Source of the DNA: Parcubacteria group bacterium
GTDB lineage: Bacteria; Patescibacteriota; Minisyncoccia; Moranbacterales; UBA2206
NCBI GenBank assembly: GCA_041664225.1
Contig: JBAYLE010000003.1
Location: forward strand, 15,608 to 79,607
DNA length: 64,000 nt
Direction of reading: 5' to 3'
A program made the position numbers and the translations under genes. The notes beneath the pieces were generated by a model that saw only the letters and a list, made by a program, of their open reading frames with translations, made no database searches and had not been told where the DNA came from. Positions 27,037 to 36,754 of this stretch are shown in pieces (within the stretch, counting starts at the first letter, position 1; every line of letters begins with the position of its first letter).

Positions 27037-27975
27037 TTAGCTGACTGCCGGCAGAGAAAAACTAAAGGTGGTACCGATATTTTCTTTTGATTGAAACCAT
27101 ATTTTGCCTCCCGACTGTTCCACGATGTTTTTCGCTATATATAAACCCAGACCCGTTCCTTCGGTTTGATATTTTACTACATTATCGCTTCTGAAAAATT
27201 TGTTAAAAACCATTTTTTGCTGAGACGCTGGAATTCCCACCCCATTGTCTTGTATGGAAAAAATTAGATCCTTACCATCTTTTTTAATTTTAATTTCAAT
27301 TTTTCCTTTATTATTGCTGTACTTCAAGGCGTTGCTGATCAAGTTTTCTACTGCCAGCCCCAGCTTTTCAGCATCACCCAATATCAAACATTTAGACCGG
27401 CATTTCTTGAAGACAACTTGCAAATTTTTTGATTGAATCAGAGGGCTAAGTGTCTTTGTTATTTCATCCACGATTGCGAATAAATCTATCTTATCTTTTT
27501 TCAGTGTTAGCTTGCCTTGATCAATTCTGGCTACATCCAAAAGATCGCTTACTAGTCTGGCCATGCGACCGCTCAAAAGCGAAATACTGTTCAAGCTCTC
27601 CAGTTGTTTTTCATTCAGGCCTCCCCCACGCTTCTTAATAAGCAACTCAATTTCCCACAGAATCGCCGAGAGCGGAGTGCGCAATTGGTGCGAAGCCACA
27701 AAAACAAATTCGGTTTTCATCTTATTCACCCTGGCCATCTGCTCAATCTCCTGGATCACAGAGTTTCCAATTGAAAAAATAGTTACTACCACCACACATT
27801 CCGCGATCACCAGAATACTGGGATTATCATAATTCCTGGAGATATAAAAAGTAGCGGTCATGGCGATAATCGTGATCAAGCCCATCAGCATAAACAAAAA
27901 ACTCGGGGTCTGCCAGACACTAACGCCTAATTCTTCGGCCTGTTTCTTTATATTTAGATCATTGATAATCCTCAC
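27037..27975 (-). CDS. Sensor histidine kinase (2 TM, HisKA, HATPase)
   Basis: ASHQLRTPL H-box, NLISNALKY, DNGVGI, GTGLGL. Confidence 0.94.
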   Translation of the reverse strand: MRIINDLNIKKQAEELGVSVWQTPSFLFMLMGLITIIAMTATFYISRNYDNPSILVIAECVVVVTIFSIGNSVIQEIEQMARVNKMKTEFVFVASHQLRTPLSAILWEIELLIKKRGGGLNEKQLESLNSISLLSGRMARLVSDLLDVARIDQGKLTLKKDKIDLFAIVDEITKTLSPLIQSKNLQVVFKKCRSKCLILGDAEKLGLAVENLISNALKYSNNKGKIEIKIKKDGKDLIFSIQDNGVGIPASQQKMVFNKFFRSDNVVKYQTEGTGLGLYIAKNIVEQSGGKIWFQSKENIGTTFSFSLPAVS

Positions 27976-28056
27976 TCTTTTTTGATGTTTATCTTTATTT
28001 TACTAATACAATTATACCATAAAAAAGGAAGTTGGGTAAGCGAACCCTATAGTTAA

Positions 28057-28243
28057 TCGAGCATGTGAAATATTCTATTCAAATTCAAGAGAGTGAACGT
28101 TAAAAAAGTTGCTGGTCCGCCTCGGGGCAACCAGCAACTTTTAGTGAACGAGCGCGGAATTTGTTAGAATATTTCACCTGCTCGGACTTTTCTTTGGTTG
28201 CTTTTCTTTTCCTAGAAAAGAAAAGCAAGAAGCGGTAATTTCC
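28057..28243 (+). repeat. Structured ~190-nt repeat, copy A
   Basis: Long interrupted hairpin with apical CCGCCTCGGGGCA and a tail hairpin; homologous to 52112-52295 and 53324-53522. Confidence 0.85.
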
Positions 28244-28298
28244 AAATTCTTCGACGTTTTTGCGTGGCTTATATTAGCCAAAAATAGCAATATTATCC

Positions 28299-29282
28299 TT
28301 AAACAAGGCTCCCCAGCCTTTTTTTGAATTTCTCAAATACTTGCGGGCCCTGCGGCTCCGGCAAGAAAACCAGCATTTCTTCGTTAGCGACAACCATACT
28401 CCCAGTTTTGTGCGTCCGCGGGTCCCTGGCAATTCTTTCGGTCTGCCATTTTTTCAAAAATTCTTCGATAAAGTTGAAGCTCAAAAACGCTTCTCCGACC
28501 AGACGCGAGCGGTAAGTTAAAAATGCTTCCTTCAAAAATCTTAGATTGGAAATTTCGTCAGGGTGAAAATTTGGCTTATATTTTTTCATCCACTCATTCG
28601 CCTTCTGAAATTTTTGAAAATTATGCCAGCCAAAAATCGGGAAAATAAAGGAATATTCTGAAGCAGAAAACAAATCTTTTAGATTGATCTCTAAAGATTC
28701 AGTGGTAATGAAATAATTCAAACAAATCCGGTTGGCGATTTTGTCTCCATGCCGTCGGCGGCCCAGTAGATGGACCATTCCAGTTACCAGAGTCCGGCCT
28801 GTAAAAATTTTCCCGTGCTTGAGAACAATCAGCAGATCCAGATCGCTCAAACTTTCAGTATTTTTCATTGCCAGGCTCCCCGTTACCGCGATCATCCGCA
28901 CAAACGGCACAAAACGCAACCATTTGGCGACTCCCAGCGCAATTTTCAGCTTGTTGTTCGCGATTTTGTTTTTTTCAAGCCTTTTTTCGACCAAATAATT
29001 TCTGCCTTTCAAAAAATAAAATCCGCGATATTCTTCAACAAATCTTTTGATCCGATCGCTTCCCAGTTCAATTATGACGTCAGACAAAGAAAATATATTA
29101 TCTTCCTTGTCGACTCCATTGGCAACTCGCGTCAAATATTTCCAAACCTCGAAGCTCGTCATAGGATAATCCATGGCGTCATAATAAGCAACCGTCGAGA
29201 GAATATTTTTTTGGAGTTCAGCGCTTGACCCCGCGCCAACTTGACGTTTTTCAAGTATTGAATTTTTTTCTATGAATTTCAT
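28299..29282 (-). CDS. Pol-beta-superfamily nucleotidyltransferase-domain protein
   Basis: VTGSLA...SDLDLLIV motif. Confidence 0.75.
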   Translation of the reverse strand: MKFIEKNSILEKRQVGAGSSAELQKNILSTVAYYDAMDYPMTSFEVWKYLTRVANGVDKEDNIFSLSDVIIELGSDRIKRFVEEYRGFYFLKGRNYLVEKRLEKNKIANNKLKIALGVAKWLRFVPFVRMIAVTGSLAMKNTESLSDLDLLIVLKHGKIFTGRTLVTGMVHLLGRRRHGDKIANRICLNYFITTESLEINLKDLFSASEYSFIFPIFGWHNFQKFQKANEWMKKYKPNFHPDEISNLRFLKEAFLTYRSRLVGEAFLSFNFIEEFLKKWQTERIARDPRTHKTGSMVVANEEMLVFLPEPQGPQVFEKFKKRLGSLV

Positions 29283-29302
29283 AATCAGTTTGAGCCGGTT
29301 TT

Positions 29303-30499
29303 TTAAGACAACTTATTTTTAAAATCAGCGTAGCCAAATTTTTTTACGAGACGAAATTTACCTGATGATTTTCTAAGAAAAATCGACGGCAACCGAATTC
29401 CATTGAAAGTATTAGTTTTAACCATAGTATAAATCGCCATATTTAAAAATATCATTTTATCGCCAATCGCCAATTTCTTTTTAAAGGTATAGTTGCCGAT
29501 TACGTCCCCCGCCAAGCAACTCGGTCCGCCCAAACGATAAACGTGGGGGTATTTTTTGCCTGTATCCGCGCCTATAATTGTCGGCTTATACGGCATTTCA
29601 AGGATATCCGGCACATGTGTGGCTGGAGAAACGTCCAGAATAGCAATGTCCATGCCATTATTTATAATATCCGCAACCGACCCCACTAAAACTCCGGCAT
29701 TAAGCGCCACTGCTTCACCCGGTTCCAAATAGACTTTCAAATGAGGGTGCCGCTTTTTAAAATCCTTGATTGTTTTAATCAGCAAATTAATCTTATAATC
29801 CTTGCGCACAATATGGTGACCGCCGCCAAAGTTTACCCATTTCATTTTCGGTAAAAATTTTCCAAACTTTTCCTCGAACACTTTGAGAGTCCGCACCATC
29901 GCATCAGCGTTCAGCTGGCAAAGATTGTGATAATGCAAGCCGTCCAAGCCATCCAGTTCTCCCTCCTCGAATTTTTTTCTGACTACTCCCAACCGAGAAT
30001 TCGGTCCGCAAGGATCATACATTGGTGTCTTGGTTTCGCAATGTTCAGGATTGATACGCAAGCCGCAGGACACCATCTTCTTGCTTTTTAAAATTAGCGG
30101 TCGGATTCTTTTCCACTGAGAAAAAGAATTGAAAATCAGATGGTCCGAATATTTTATGTATCCGGCAATATTTTTTTCCGTATAAGCCGGTGAAAAAGTA
30201 TGCGTTTCGCCGCCGAATTCTTCGTGGCCTAATCGCGCTTCGTCAATAGAGCTGGCTTCTGTTCCAGGTAAATATTTTTTTATCAGCGGAAAAACACTAA
30301 ACATGGAAAATCCTTTCAGGGCCAGTAAAACTTTACAGCCAGCTTGCTTCTGGACTCTGCCTAATATTTTCAAATTGCGCTCTAAAACTTTTTCATCCAC
30401 CACAAAACATGGTGTTTCTAGATTTGCGAAATCTTCCGCTTTCCATCCAACTTCAGTGCTCCAAGATTCGATTGACGGCTCTCCGTTTGGGTTGGACAT
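29303..30499 (-). CDS. nspC: Carboxynorspermidine decarboxylase
   Basis: LLALKGF PLP lysine, GLRINPE, YDPC...SRLG, NFGGGHH, YLEPGEA, SCLAGD, YTMVK...FNG..LP. Confidence 0.93.
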   Translation of the reverse strand: MSNPNGEPSIESWSTEVGWKAEDFANLETPCFVVDEKVLERNLKILGRVQKQAGCKVLLALKGFSMFSVFPLIKKYLPGTEASSIDEARLGHEEFGGETHTFSPAYTEKNIAGYIKYSDHLIFNSFSQWKRIRPLILKSKKMVSCGLRINPEHCETKTPMYDPCGPNSRLGVVRKKFEEGELDGLDGLHYHNLCQLNADAMVRTLKVFEEKFGKFLPKMKWVNFGGGHHIVRKDYKINLLIKTIKDFKKRHPHLKVYLEPGEAVALNAGVLVGSVADIINNGMDIAILDVSPATHVPDILEMPYKPTIIGADTGKKYPHVYRLGGPSCLAGDVIGNYTFKKKLAIGDKMIFLNMAIYTMVKTNTFNGIRLPSIFLRKSSGKFRLVKKFGYADFKNKLS

Positions 30500-30513
30500 A
30501 TATGATTAAATTA

Positions 30514-31764
30514 TTAATAATTTTTCTTCAGAGCAGCCGGCAAATCCGGAAGCTCTTTTATTGTCCAATTCAAACCGACTTTGGCCATTTCTTCTAAAAA
30601 TATTTTTGAATCCAAAGATTTATCTTCGGGAACTTTCACGCCACTGCCTGCCCATTTGCCCTCCAACACCAACTTGGCGCAAGCAACCGTTGGAATGGCA
30701 GTGGTATAACCGATAGCGTTGCCGCCGGTTTCTAAAAAGGCCTGATGATGATCGCAGACATTGTATATATAAACCACCTTTTTCTTTCCATTCTTGATCC
30801 CAGAAATAATATTGCCAATGTTGGTTTTGCCTTTATAACCCTTATTAAAATCTTCGCCGGTAGGCAAAATCGCCTTCAAAAATTTCACCGGAATAACCGA
30901 GTGGCCATTGTATTTGACCGGATCAATTCTAGTCATGCCAACATCAAACAATACCCTTAAATAGGTAAGATAAGCCGGTGAAAAGGTCATCCAAAATCTA
31001 ATTCTTTTGAGGCCGGGAATACGATGGATTAAGGTTTGTAGTTCTTCATGAGACATCAGATACGGAGTAAACTTACCGGTCTGGGGAAAATCAAACTCAA
31101 AGAAAGCCGCATTTTCATCGATCAATTGTCCGCGTTTCTGCCACTTGCCGTTTTGCCAAAATTCAATCGGCAAAATTAGTTCGCGCAAATTGATTTCCGG
31201 GTTGAAATTGGGAGCAAATTTTATTTTTTTATCTTTTGACCCGCCATTGCAGTCAATAATGTCAATGGTTTCAATTTTGTCAAAAATATAATCGCGCGCG
31301 TAAGCAGAGAAAATGTTGGTAACTCCCGGGTCAAATCCCATGCCCGCGATCGCCAACAGTCCTTTTTTCTTGAAATCTTTATTTTTGGCAAATTGCAATT
31401 TATATGATAAGCCATACTTTTTCGGATCTTCATAACAACAGGTGTCAATATATTTTACGCCCAATTTCAAACAAGCATCCATAATAACTAGATTGTCGTA
31501 AGACAACCCCCAGTGTATCAACATCTTAGGCTTCACCTTTTTCAGAAGATCAAATATAAATTTTTTATTGCCAACGTCTCCCGTGTGCACAGTTAACTTT
31601 ACTTTGCCACGCGTTTTTTTAAAAACTGAAGCTTTAACCGCTTCGCATTTTTTAGCGGTCCGGCTGACCACATGGATGTCGGAAAAAACTTTAGGATATT
31701 GAGCCATTTTATGCAAGCCGACAATGCCCACATTGCCACAGCCAATCACTAAAACTCTTGACAT
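30514..31764 (-). CDS. Carboxynorspermidine dehydrogenase (saccharopine dehydrogenase family)
   Basis: Rossmann GCGNVG, GFDPGVTN, DCNGG, NFNPEINLRE, HEEL, RFWMTF, YNVCDH; directly upstream of nspC. Confidence 0.9.
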   Translation of the reverse strand: MSRVLVIGCGNVGIVGLHKMAQYPKVFSDIHVVSRTAKKCEAVKASVFKKTRGKVKLTVHTGDVGNKKFIFDLLKKVKPKMLIHWGLSYDNLVIMDACLKLGVKYIDTCCYEDPKKYGLSYKLQFAKNKDFKKKGLLAIAGMGFDPGVTNIFSAYARDYIFDKIETIDIIDCNGGSKDKKIKFAPNFNPEINLRELILPIEFWQNGKWQKRGQLIDENAAFFEFDFPQTGKFTPYLMSHEELQTLIHRIPGLKRIRFWMTFSPAYLTYLRVLFDVGMTRIDPVKYNGHSVIPVKFLKAILPTGEDFNKGYKGKTNIGNIISGIKNGKKKVVYIYNVCDHHQAFLETGGNAIGYTTAIPTVACAKLVLEGKWAGSGVKVPEDKSLDSKIFLEEMAKVGLNWTIKELPDLPAALKKNY

Positions 31765-31864
31765 AATTGTTTATTAAAATAATTGATTAGAAAAACTATT
31801 AAAAGTAATAAAATTTTACTATCCACTTAACCACCTGTCAATCAACTGTGCGACAAAAGACTTT

Positions 31865-31936
31865 TTTATTGTCAGACGAAGCGAGAGAAATAAAAATTTA
31901 TTTTTATTTTCAAACGAGTGCTGACAACATAATTTT
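31865..31936. repeat. ~70-nt hairpin repeat, copy 1
   Basis: TTTATTGTC..AC.AAGCGAGAGAAATA...CGAGTGCTGACAACA shared with 55474-55547. Confidence 0.75.
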
Positions 31937-31942
31937 CAAAAA

Positions 31943-34816
31943 TCAAAGATACTTCCCCGTCCAACTCCTTTTGCATTTTTTCAATTTGTCCGGTGTGCCG
32001 GCATAAACCACTTCGCCGCCCTTGTCCCCGCCTTCCGGCCCCAAATCAACCACCCAATCGGAATTGCGGATAACATCGACATTGTGTTCGACAACTAAAA
32101 CCGAATTGCCTTTTTCCACTAGTGCGTCCAAAACTTTCAGAAGTCTTTTCACATCGTCAAAATGCAAACCGATGGTTGGTTCGTCCAGAATATATAGGGT
32201 CTTGCCTGTGGATTTACGAGCCAGTTCCGTCGCCAACTTTATCCGCTGTGCCTCACCGCCAGAAAGATTGGTGGCGCTTTGGCCCAAACGCAGATATCCT
32301 AAGCCCACGTCTTCCAGAGTTTGCAATTTTTCCACGATTAGCGCGGATTTTTTGAAAAACCGTAAGGCGTAGGACACGCTCATATCCAAAACTTCAGCGA
32401 TATTCACGCCCTGATATTCAATGTCCAAAGTTTTTTGATTGTATCTGGTTCCATTACAGGCCTCACATTTAACATACATGTCCGGCAAAAGATGCATTTC
32501 GATTTTTTTGGTGCCATCGCCCTGGCAGACTTCGCAGCGCCCGCCCTTCATGTTGAAACTAAAGCGACTCGGAGCATAGCCCCGGCTTTTGGATTCTTCC
32601 GTATTCGCAAAAATATCCCGAATCAGTGAGAAAACCCCGGTATACGTAGCTGCGTTTGAACGCGGCGTTCTGCCGATCGGCGCCTGATCGATATTGATAA
32701 CTTTGTCGACATTATCCAGCCCCCTGACTCTTTTATGCAAGCCTGGCATTGCCTTGGCGCCAAAAAAGTACTTAGATAAAACTTTAGCCAGAATATCAGA
32801 AACCAGGGTCGATTTGCCCGATCCGGAAACACCAGTCATCGCCACAAATTTACCCAGTGGAATTTCTACATCGATATTTTTCAAGTTATGTTCCTGGGCT
32901 CCTATAATTTCGATAGACTTTTTATTGCCTTTGCGGAAACTTTTTTTCTCCGCCACTTTCTTCTTGCCAGTCAGATATTCCGCCGTGGACGTTTTTGATT
33001 TTAAGAGTTTTGCGAAATCGCCCTGAAAAATGACTTGACCGCCTTCCTCACCAGCTCCGGGACCCATATCAATGATCCAGTCAGCTTGGCGGATAATGTC
33101 CGCATCATGTTCAACCACAATCATTGAATTTCCTGCGTCTTTCAAGGCCTGCATAGTATTTATCAGCTTTTCGGTGTCGCGGTTATGGAGTCCGATCGAT
33201 GGCTCGTCCAAAACATAAGTGATGCCCATCAGTTCCGATCCGATCTGAGTAGCCAAACGGATCCGCTGTGCTTCACCGCCGGAAATCGAATTAGCGCCTC
33301 TGCTCAAAGATAAGTATTCCAAGCCTACATTGCAAAGAGCATCGGCTTTAAGCGCCATATCCTTGATCAATGGTTCAATTATTTTTTTCCGTCCGGGGTT
33401 CAATTCGATTTTTTTCAACTCTTCAAAGAATCCTTTCAATTTAACCAGATCCAGATGCACGACATCGTCGATGGATTTGTCAGCCACCAGCACCGATAAA
33501 TATTCTTTTTTTAATCTTTTGCCCTCACAGGCCGGACAGATTTTTTCCAGCATATACTTTTCCATATCGCCACGCACATAATCGGAAGTCGCCTCTTCAT
33601 ATTTTCGCTTGATCATAGGCAAAACACCCTCGAAAATCATTCGCACTTCCTTGACGCCCCCCATAGCATCCCGCTGCTGGATCGTAATTTCTTTCTGTTC
33701 CGGACCGTATAAAACAATCTCCAGCGCCTCTTTGGATAATTTTTTTATCGGTACATCCAAAGAAAAATCGTGTTTCCCTGCCAAGGCCCGTAAAATATTC
33801 AGATAATTTCCTTGTCCGCCTACCCGACCGTTGGATTTGCTCCATGGCAAAATCGCGCCTTCCGCCAAAGAAAGGTTTTTATTAGGCATAACCAAGTCGG
33901 CATCGACTTCTTTGGTGATACCCAAGCCGGAACAATGCGAGCAAGCACCTTCCGGATTATTAAAGGAGAAGTGTCTCGGCGTAATTTCGTTTACTCTGGT
34001 TTGACACCCATTGCAGACAAAGTCCCTATTGTACGTCCGATCCGCCTCTCCTTCTACTGAAATAATCAAAGATCCTCCGCCAACACGCAAGGCCGTCTCG
34101 ATCGAGTCCAATATTCTCTCTGTGTCCGGACTTTTAGCTTTGACTGAGAGGCGGTCAACCACTACTTCGATCTCACTTTCGATCTTGTCGCTAGCGACCA
34201 GGCTGGCTTCCGTCACCAGCATTATCTTTCCATTGAAACGGACGCGCGCGAATCCCAGCTGAGAGATACCGCGCAAATGATCCTTGTCGGTCGTCCGCCA
34301 GCTGGCGGAGCCGCTTTTTGCGGATTCTTTCGGTTTGGCCAATACGGCTATCTGCGTGTTGTCAGGCAAAGCAAAAATCTCATCTAGTATTTCCTGGTTG
34401 GTTTTTCTGAGCATCGGCGCCCCGCATTGCGGACAGTGCGGCGCTCCGATCTTGGCGAACAAAACACGGAGGTAGTCGTAGATCTCTGTCAAGGTTCCCA
34501 CGGTTGAACGCGGGCTCCTGCTTAAGCTTTTCTGGTCAATGGAAATAGTCGGACTTAGGTTTTCAATTTTGTCCACATCCGGCTTGGCACCGACATCCAA
34601 AAACTGCCGCGCGTATGATGACATACCCTCCAGATATCGGCGGTTGCCTTCCGCGTGCACCACATCAAAAGCCAATGAAGATTTACCCGATCCGGACAGC
34701 CCGGTGATCACCACTAGTTTGTCGCGCGGGATATCAATATCGATATTTTTTAAGTTATTGACCCTCGCTCCCCGGATAATAATTTTGTCCCTTTTGCAAT
34801 AAGTACCGTTCGCCAT
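31943..34816 (-). CDS. uvrA: Excinuclease ABC subunit A, second paralog
   Basis: Two ABC ATPase modules ([23 protein letters not shown] twice), zinc fingers, PIGRTPRSN. Confidence 0.94.
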   Translation of the reverse strand: MANGTYCKRDKIIIRGARVNNLKNIDIDIPRDKLVVITGLSGSGKSSLAFDVVHAEGNRRYLEGMSSYARQFLDVGAKPDVDKIENLSPTISIDQKSLSRSPRSTVGTLTEIYDYLRVLFAKIGAPHCPQCGAPMLRKTNQEILDEIFALPDNTQIAVLAKPKESAKSGSASWRTTDKDHLRGISQLGFARVRFNGKIMLVTEASLVASDKIESEIEVVVDRLSVKAKSPDTERILDSIETALRVGGGSLIISVEGEADRTYNRDFVCNGCQTRVNEITPRHFSFNNPEGACSHCSGLGITKEVDADLVMPNKNLSLAEGAILPWSKSNGRVGGQGNYLNILRALAGKHDFSLDVPIKKLSKEALEIVLYGPEQKEITIQQRDAMGGVKEVRMIFEGVLPMIKRKYEEATSDYVRGDMEKYMLEKICPACEGKRLKKEYLSVLVADKSIDDVVHLDLVKLKGFFEELKKIELNPGRKKIIEPLIKDMALKADALCNVGLEYLSLSRGANSISGGEAQRIRLATQIGSELMGITYVLDEPSIGLHNRDTEKLINTMQALKDAGNSMIVVEHDADIIRQADWIIDMGPGAGEEGGQVIFQGDFAKLLKSKTSTAEYLTGKKKVAEKKSFRKGNKKSIEIIGAQEHNLKNIDVEIPLGKFVAMTGVSGSGKSTLVSDILAKVLSKYFFGAKAMPGLHKRVRGLDNVDKVINIDQAPIGRTPRSNAATYTGVFSLIRDIFANTEESKSRGYAPSRFSFNMKGGRCEVCQGDGTKKIEMHLLPDMYVKCEACNGTRYNQKTLDIEYQGVNIAEVLDMSVSYALRFFKKSALIVEKLQTLEDVGLGYLRLGQSATNLSGGEAQRIKLATELARKSTGKTLYILDEPTIGLHFDDVKRLLKVLDALVEKGNSVLVVEHNVDVIRNSDWVVDLGPEGGDKGGEVVYAGTPDKLKKCKRSWTGKYL

Positions 34817-34882
34817 GCTTATAAACTAAGAAGTTAAATGCTAGTTATAAATTGTAAAGTACTTTTGGGGGTTTGTAAAGGG

Positions 34883-36235
34883 CTAGCTAAGCAGGTTCTT
34901 TCTGCGAAGTTTTTTGTGATATGTTATCGCAAACCGATGCGCTTCATCCATAATCCGCTTGATCAAATTTTTGTCATTGATAATGTTTTTTAAATTTGAA
35001 AATTTAGGAATTGAAAATTGATTGAAAATTGAAAATTGAAAATTGAGATTTTTGCGAGACTTTCCTTTGGCAATGGTAACCATTGGCATCTCTAAATTTA
35101 ATTCCTGCAATAATCTTTCAGCCATAAAAAGGTGCCCTTTCCCTCCATCCAACAAAATTAAATCTGGTTGCGGCCAATCATTTTGAAAACGGCGCAACAA
35201 AACTTCGCGCATCATACCCACATCATCTGTGCCTTCAACTGTTTTGATTTTAAATTTACGATACTGCGACTTGTCCGGTTCATTATTTTTGAAAACTACC
35301 ATCGAACCCACCGCATGAGCACCGGAAATGTTGGAAATATCATAAGCTTCAATTCTTATTGTTTCGGATTTTTGATTTATGATTTCTAATTTCTCATCGC
35401 TCGCGATGAGCGCCACATCACGGATGTGCTTCAGCGCAAAAACTTTATTCCTAGCGTCCGCTGCTTTTTCAAATTCATTATTTTTCGCGTAATTTTTCAT
35501 TTCTGTCTCTAGTTTTTTTATTAATCCTTTTTTTCGGCCTTCCAAAATCATTCTGATTCCACGAATATTTTTCATGTAATCCGCTTTAGAAATGGCGCCG
35601 GCATACGGCCCCGGACATCTGCCAATTTGAAAATCCAAACAGCCCCTCTCTGTTTTTTGATTATTGCTATGGAATGGAAAAATTTTTCGCAAAATTTTCA
35701 GCGCAATTTCCATTTGCTTTTTGGAAGTATAAGGACCAAAGGTCTTTGCAACCCTGACCCCCCTCTCCCTTTTTAGGGAGAGGGGCTGGGGGTGAGGGGG
35801 CAGATCCGTCGCTCTCAAAATCAGTACCCTCGGAAAATCTTCCTTAGTTATAACGAAATATGAAAATGACTTATCATCTTTCCCCATCGCGTTATACTTC
35901 GGCTGGAGTTTTTTGATCAGTTGCGCTTCCAAAATCAACGCCTCCAAAACCGAATCAGTTTCTCTCACTTCGATATCCGCAATCTGATCAATTGCATACT
36001 CGATCGGCCGATCCAAATTCCGCGCCGTAGCGTGTCGAAGCTTGGTGTCTTTTGGTCGTTTTGGTCGAGAGACACCGAGCTTCTTATCCGTAAGCGGCGT
36101 AGAAAAATACGACCCGACCCGGCTCCGCAAATTAGTCGCCTTCCCCACATACAAAACATCCCCGGCTTTATCCTTGAAAATATACACGCCAGGATTTTTG
36201 GGCAGCTTTAATATCTTAATTTTTAGGCTTGACAT
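34883..36235 (-). CDS. uvrC: Excinuclease ABC subunit C, short form lacking the C-terminal HhH, with several in-frame insertions
   Basis: GIY-YIG (PGVY..LYVGKA, EA..LE, PKYN), UVR domain, RNase H-like EAYDIS, PDLILLDGG, DEAHRFA. Confidence 0.93.
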   Translation of the reverse strand: MSSLKIKILKLPKNPGVYIFKDKAGDVLYVGKATNLRSRVGSYFSTPLTDKKLGVSRPKRPKDTKLRHATARNLDRPIEYAIDQIADIEVRETDSVLEALILEAQLIKKLQPKYNAMGKDDKSFSYFVITKEDFPRVLILRATDLPPHPQPLSLKRERGVRVAKTFGPYTSKKQMEIALKILRKIFPFHSNNQKTERGCLDFQIGRCPGPYAGAISKADYMKNIRGIRMILEGRKKGLIKKLETEMKNYAKNNEFEKAADARNKVFALKHIRDVALIASDEKLEIINQKSETIRIEAYDISNISGAHAVGSMVVFKNNEPDKSQYRKFKIKTVEGTDDVGMMREVLLRRFQNDWPQPDLILLDGGKGHLFMAERLLQELNLEMPMVTIAKGKSRKNLNFQFSIFNQFSIPKFSNLKNIINDKNLIKRIMDEAHRFAITYHKKLRRKNLLS

Positions 36236-36296
36236 CGGCTAAATTATATGCTAAAAGATATTATACACAAATAAATTGTTAAAACAGGAGGTTATA

Positions 36297-36710
36297 ATGA
36301 TAGGTTTAGCTATAGCTCTTTTTATTTTCGTTTGGTTGGATATGAAGTATATTTACGAGGACGGTAATAATACTATTACCGCTGCACATGTAGCAGCCAA
36401 GTTTCTGTTTGTATGGTATTTGGTTCTTGGCCCGATTATGTTTGCCGGTACATTTCTCGTTACCGGGCTAGACTCCGCCAAGGTCAGCCACGTGGCTACT
36501 TATTATCCCATGCCTTCACTGATTGACAAAAATGTTCTATTGACTTTGTTTTTTGCTTATGTCGTCAGATCGGCACTCGGTATTTTTGGTGCCTATCTGA
36601 TAAAAACTGCAACGTTTCCTCCAAAAACAACCCTCGAGGGATTGGACGCTAAGAAGATTATCACCGGCTTGGTTTTAATTTTCGGAGGAATCTTCGTAGG
36701 ATTATTCTAA
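36297..36710 (+). CDS. Hypothetical membrane protein (orphan)
   Basis: Four hydrophobic segments; AGGAGG SD before ATG 36297; hairpin ACGTCAGAATA..TATTCTGACGT after the stop. Confidence 0.7.
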   Translation: MIGLAIALFIFVWLDMKYIYEDGNNTITAAHVAAKFLFVWYLVLGPIMFAGTFLVTGLDSAKVSHVATYYPMPSLIDKNVLLTLFFAYVVRSALGIFGAYLIKTATFPPKTTLEGLDAKKIITGLVLIFGGIFVGLF

Positions 36711-36754
36711 AGTTTGATACCAATTAACGTCAGAATAGAAGATATTCTGACGTC

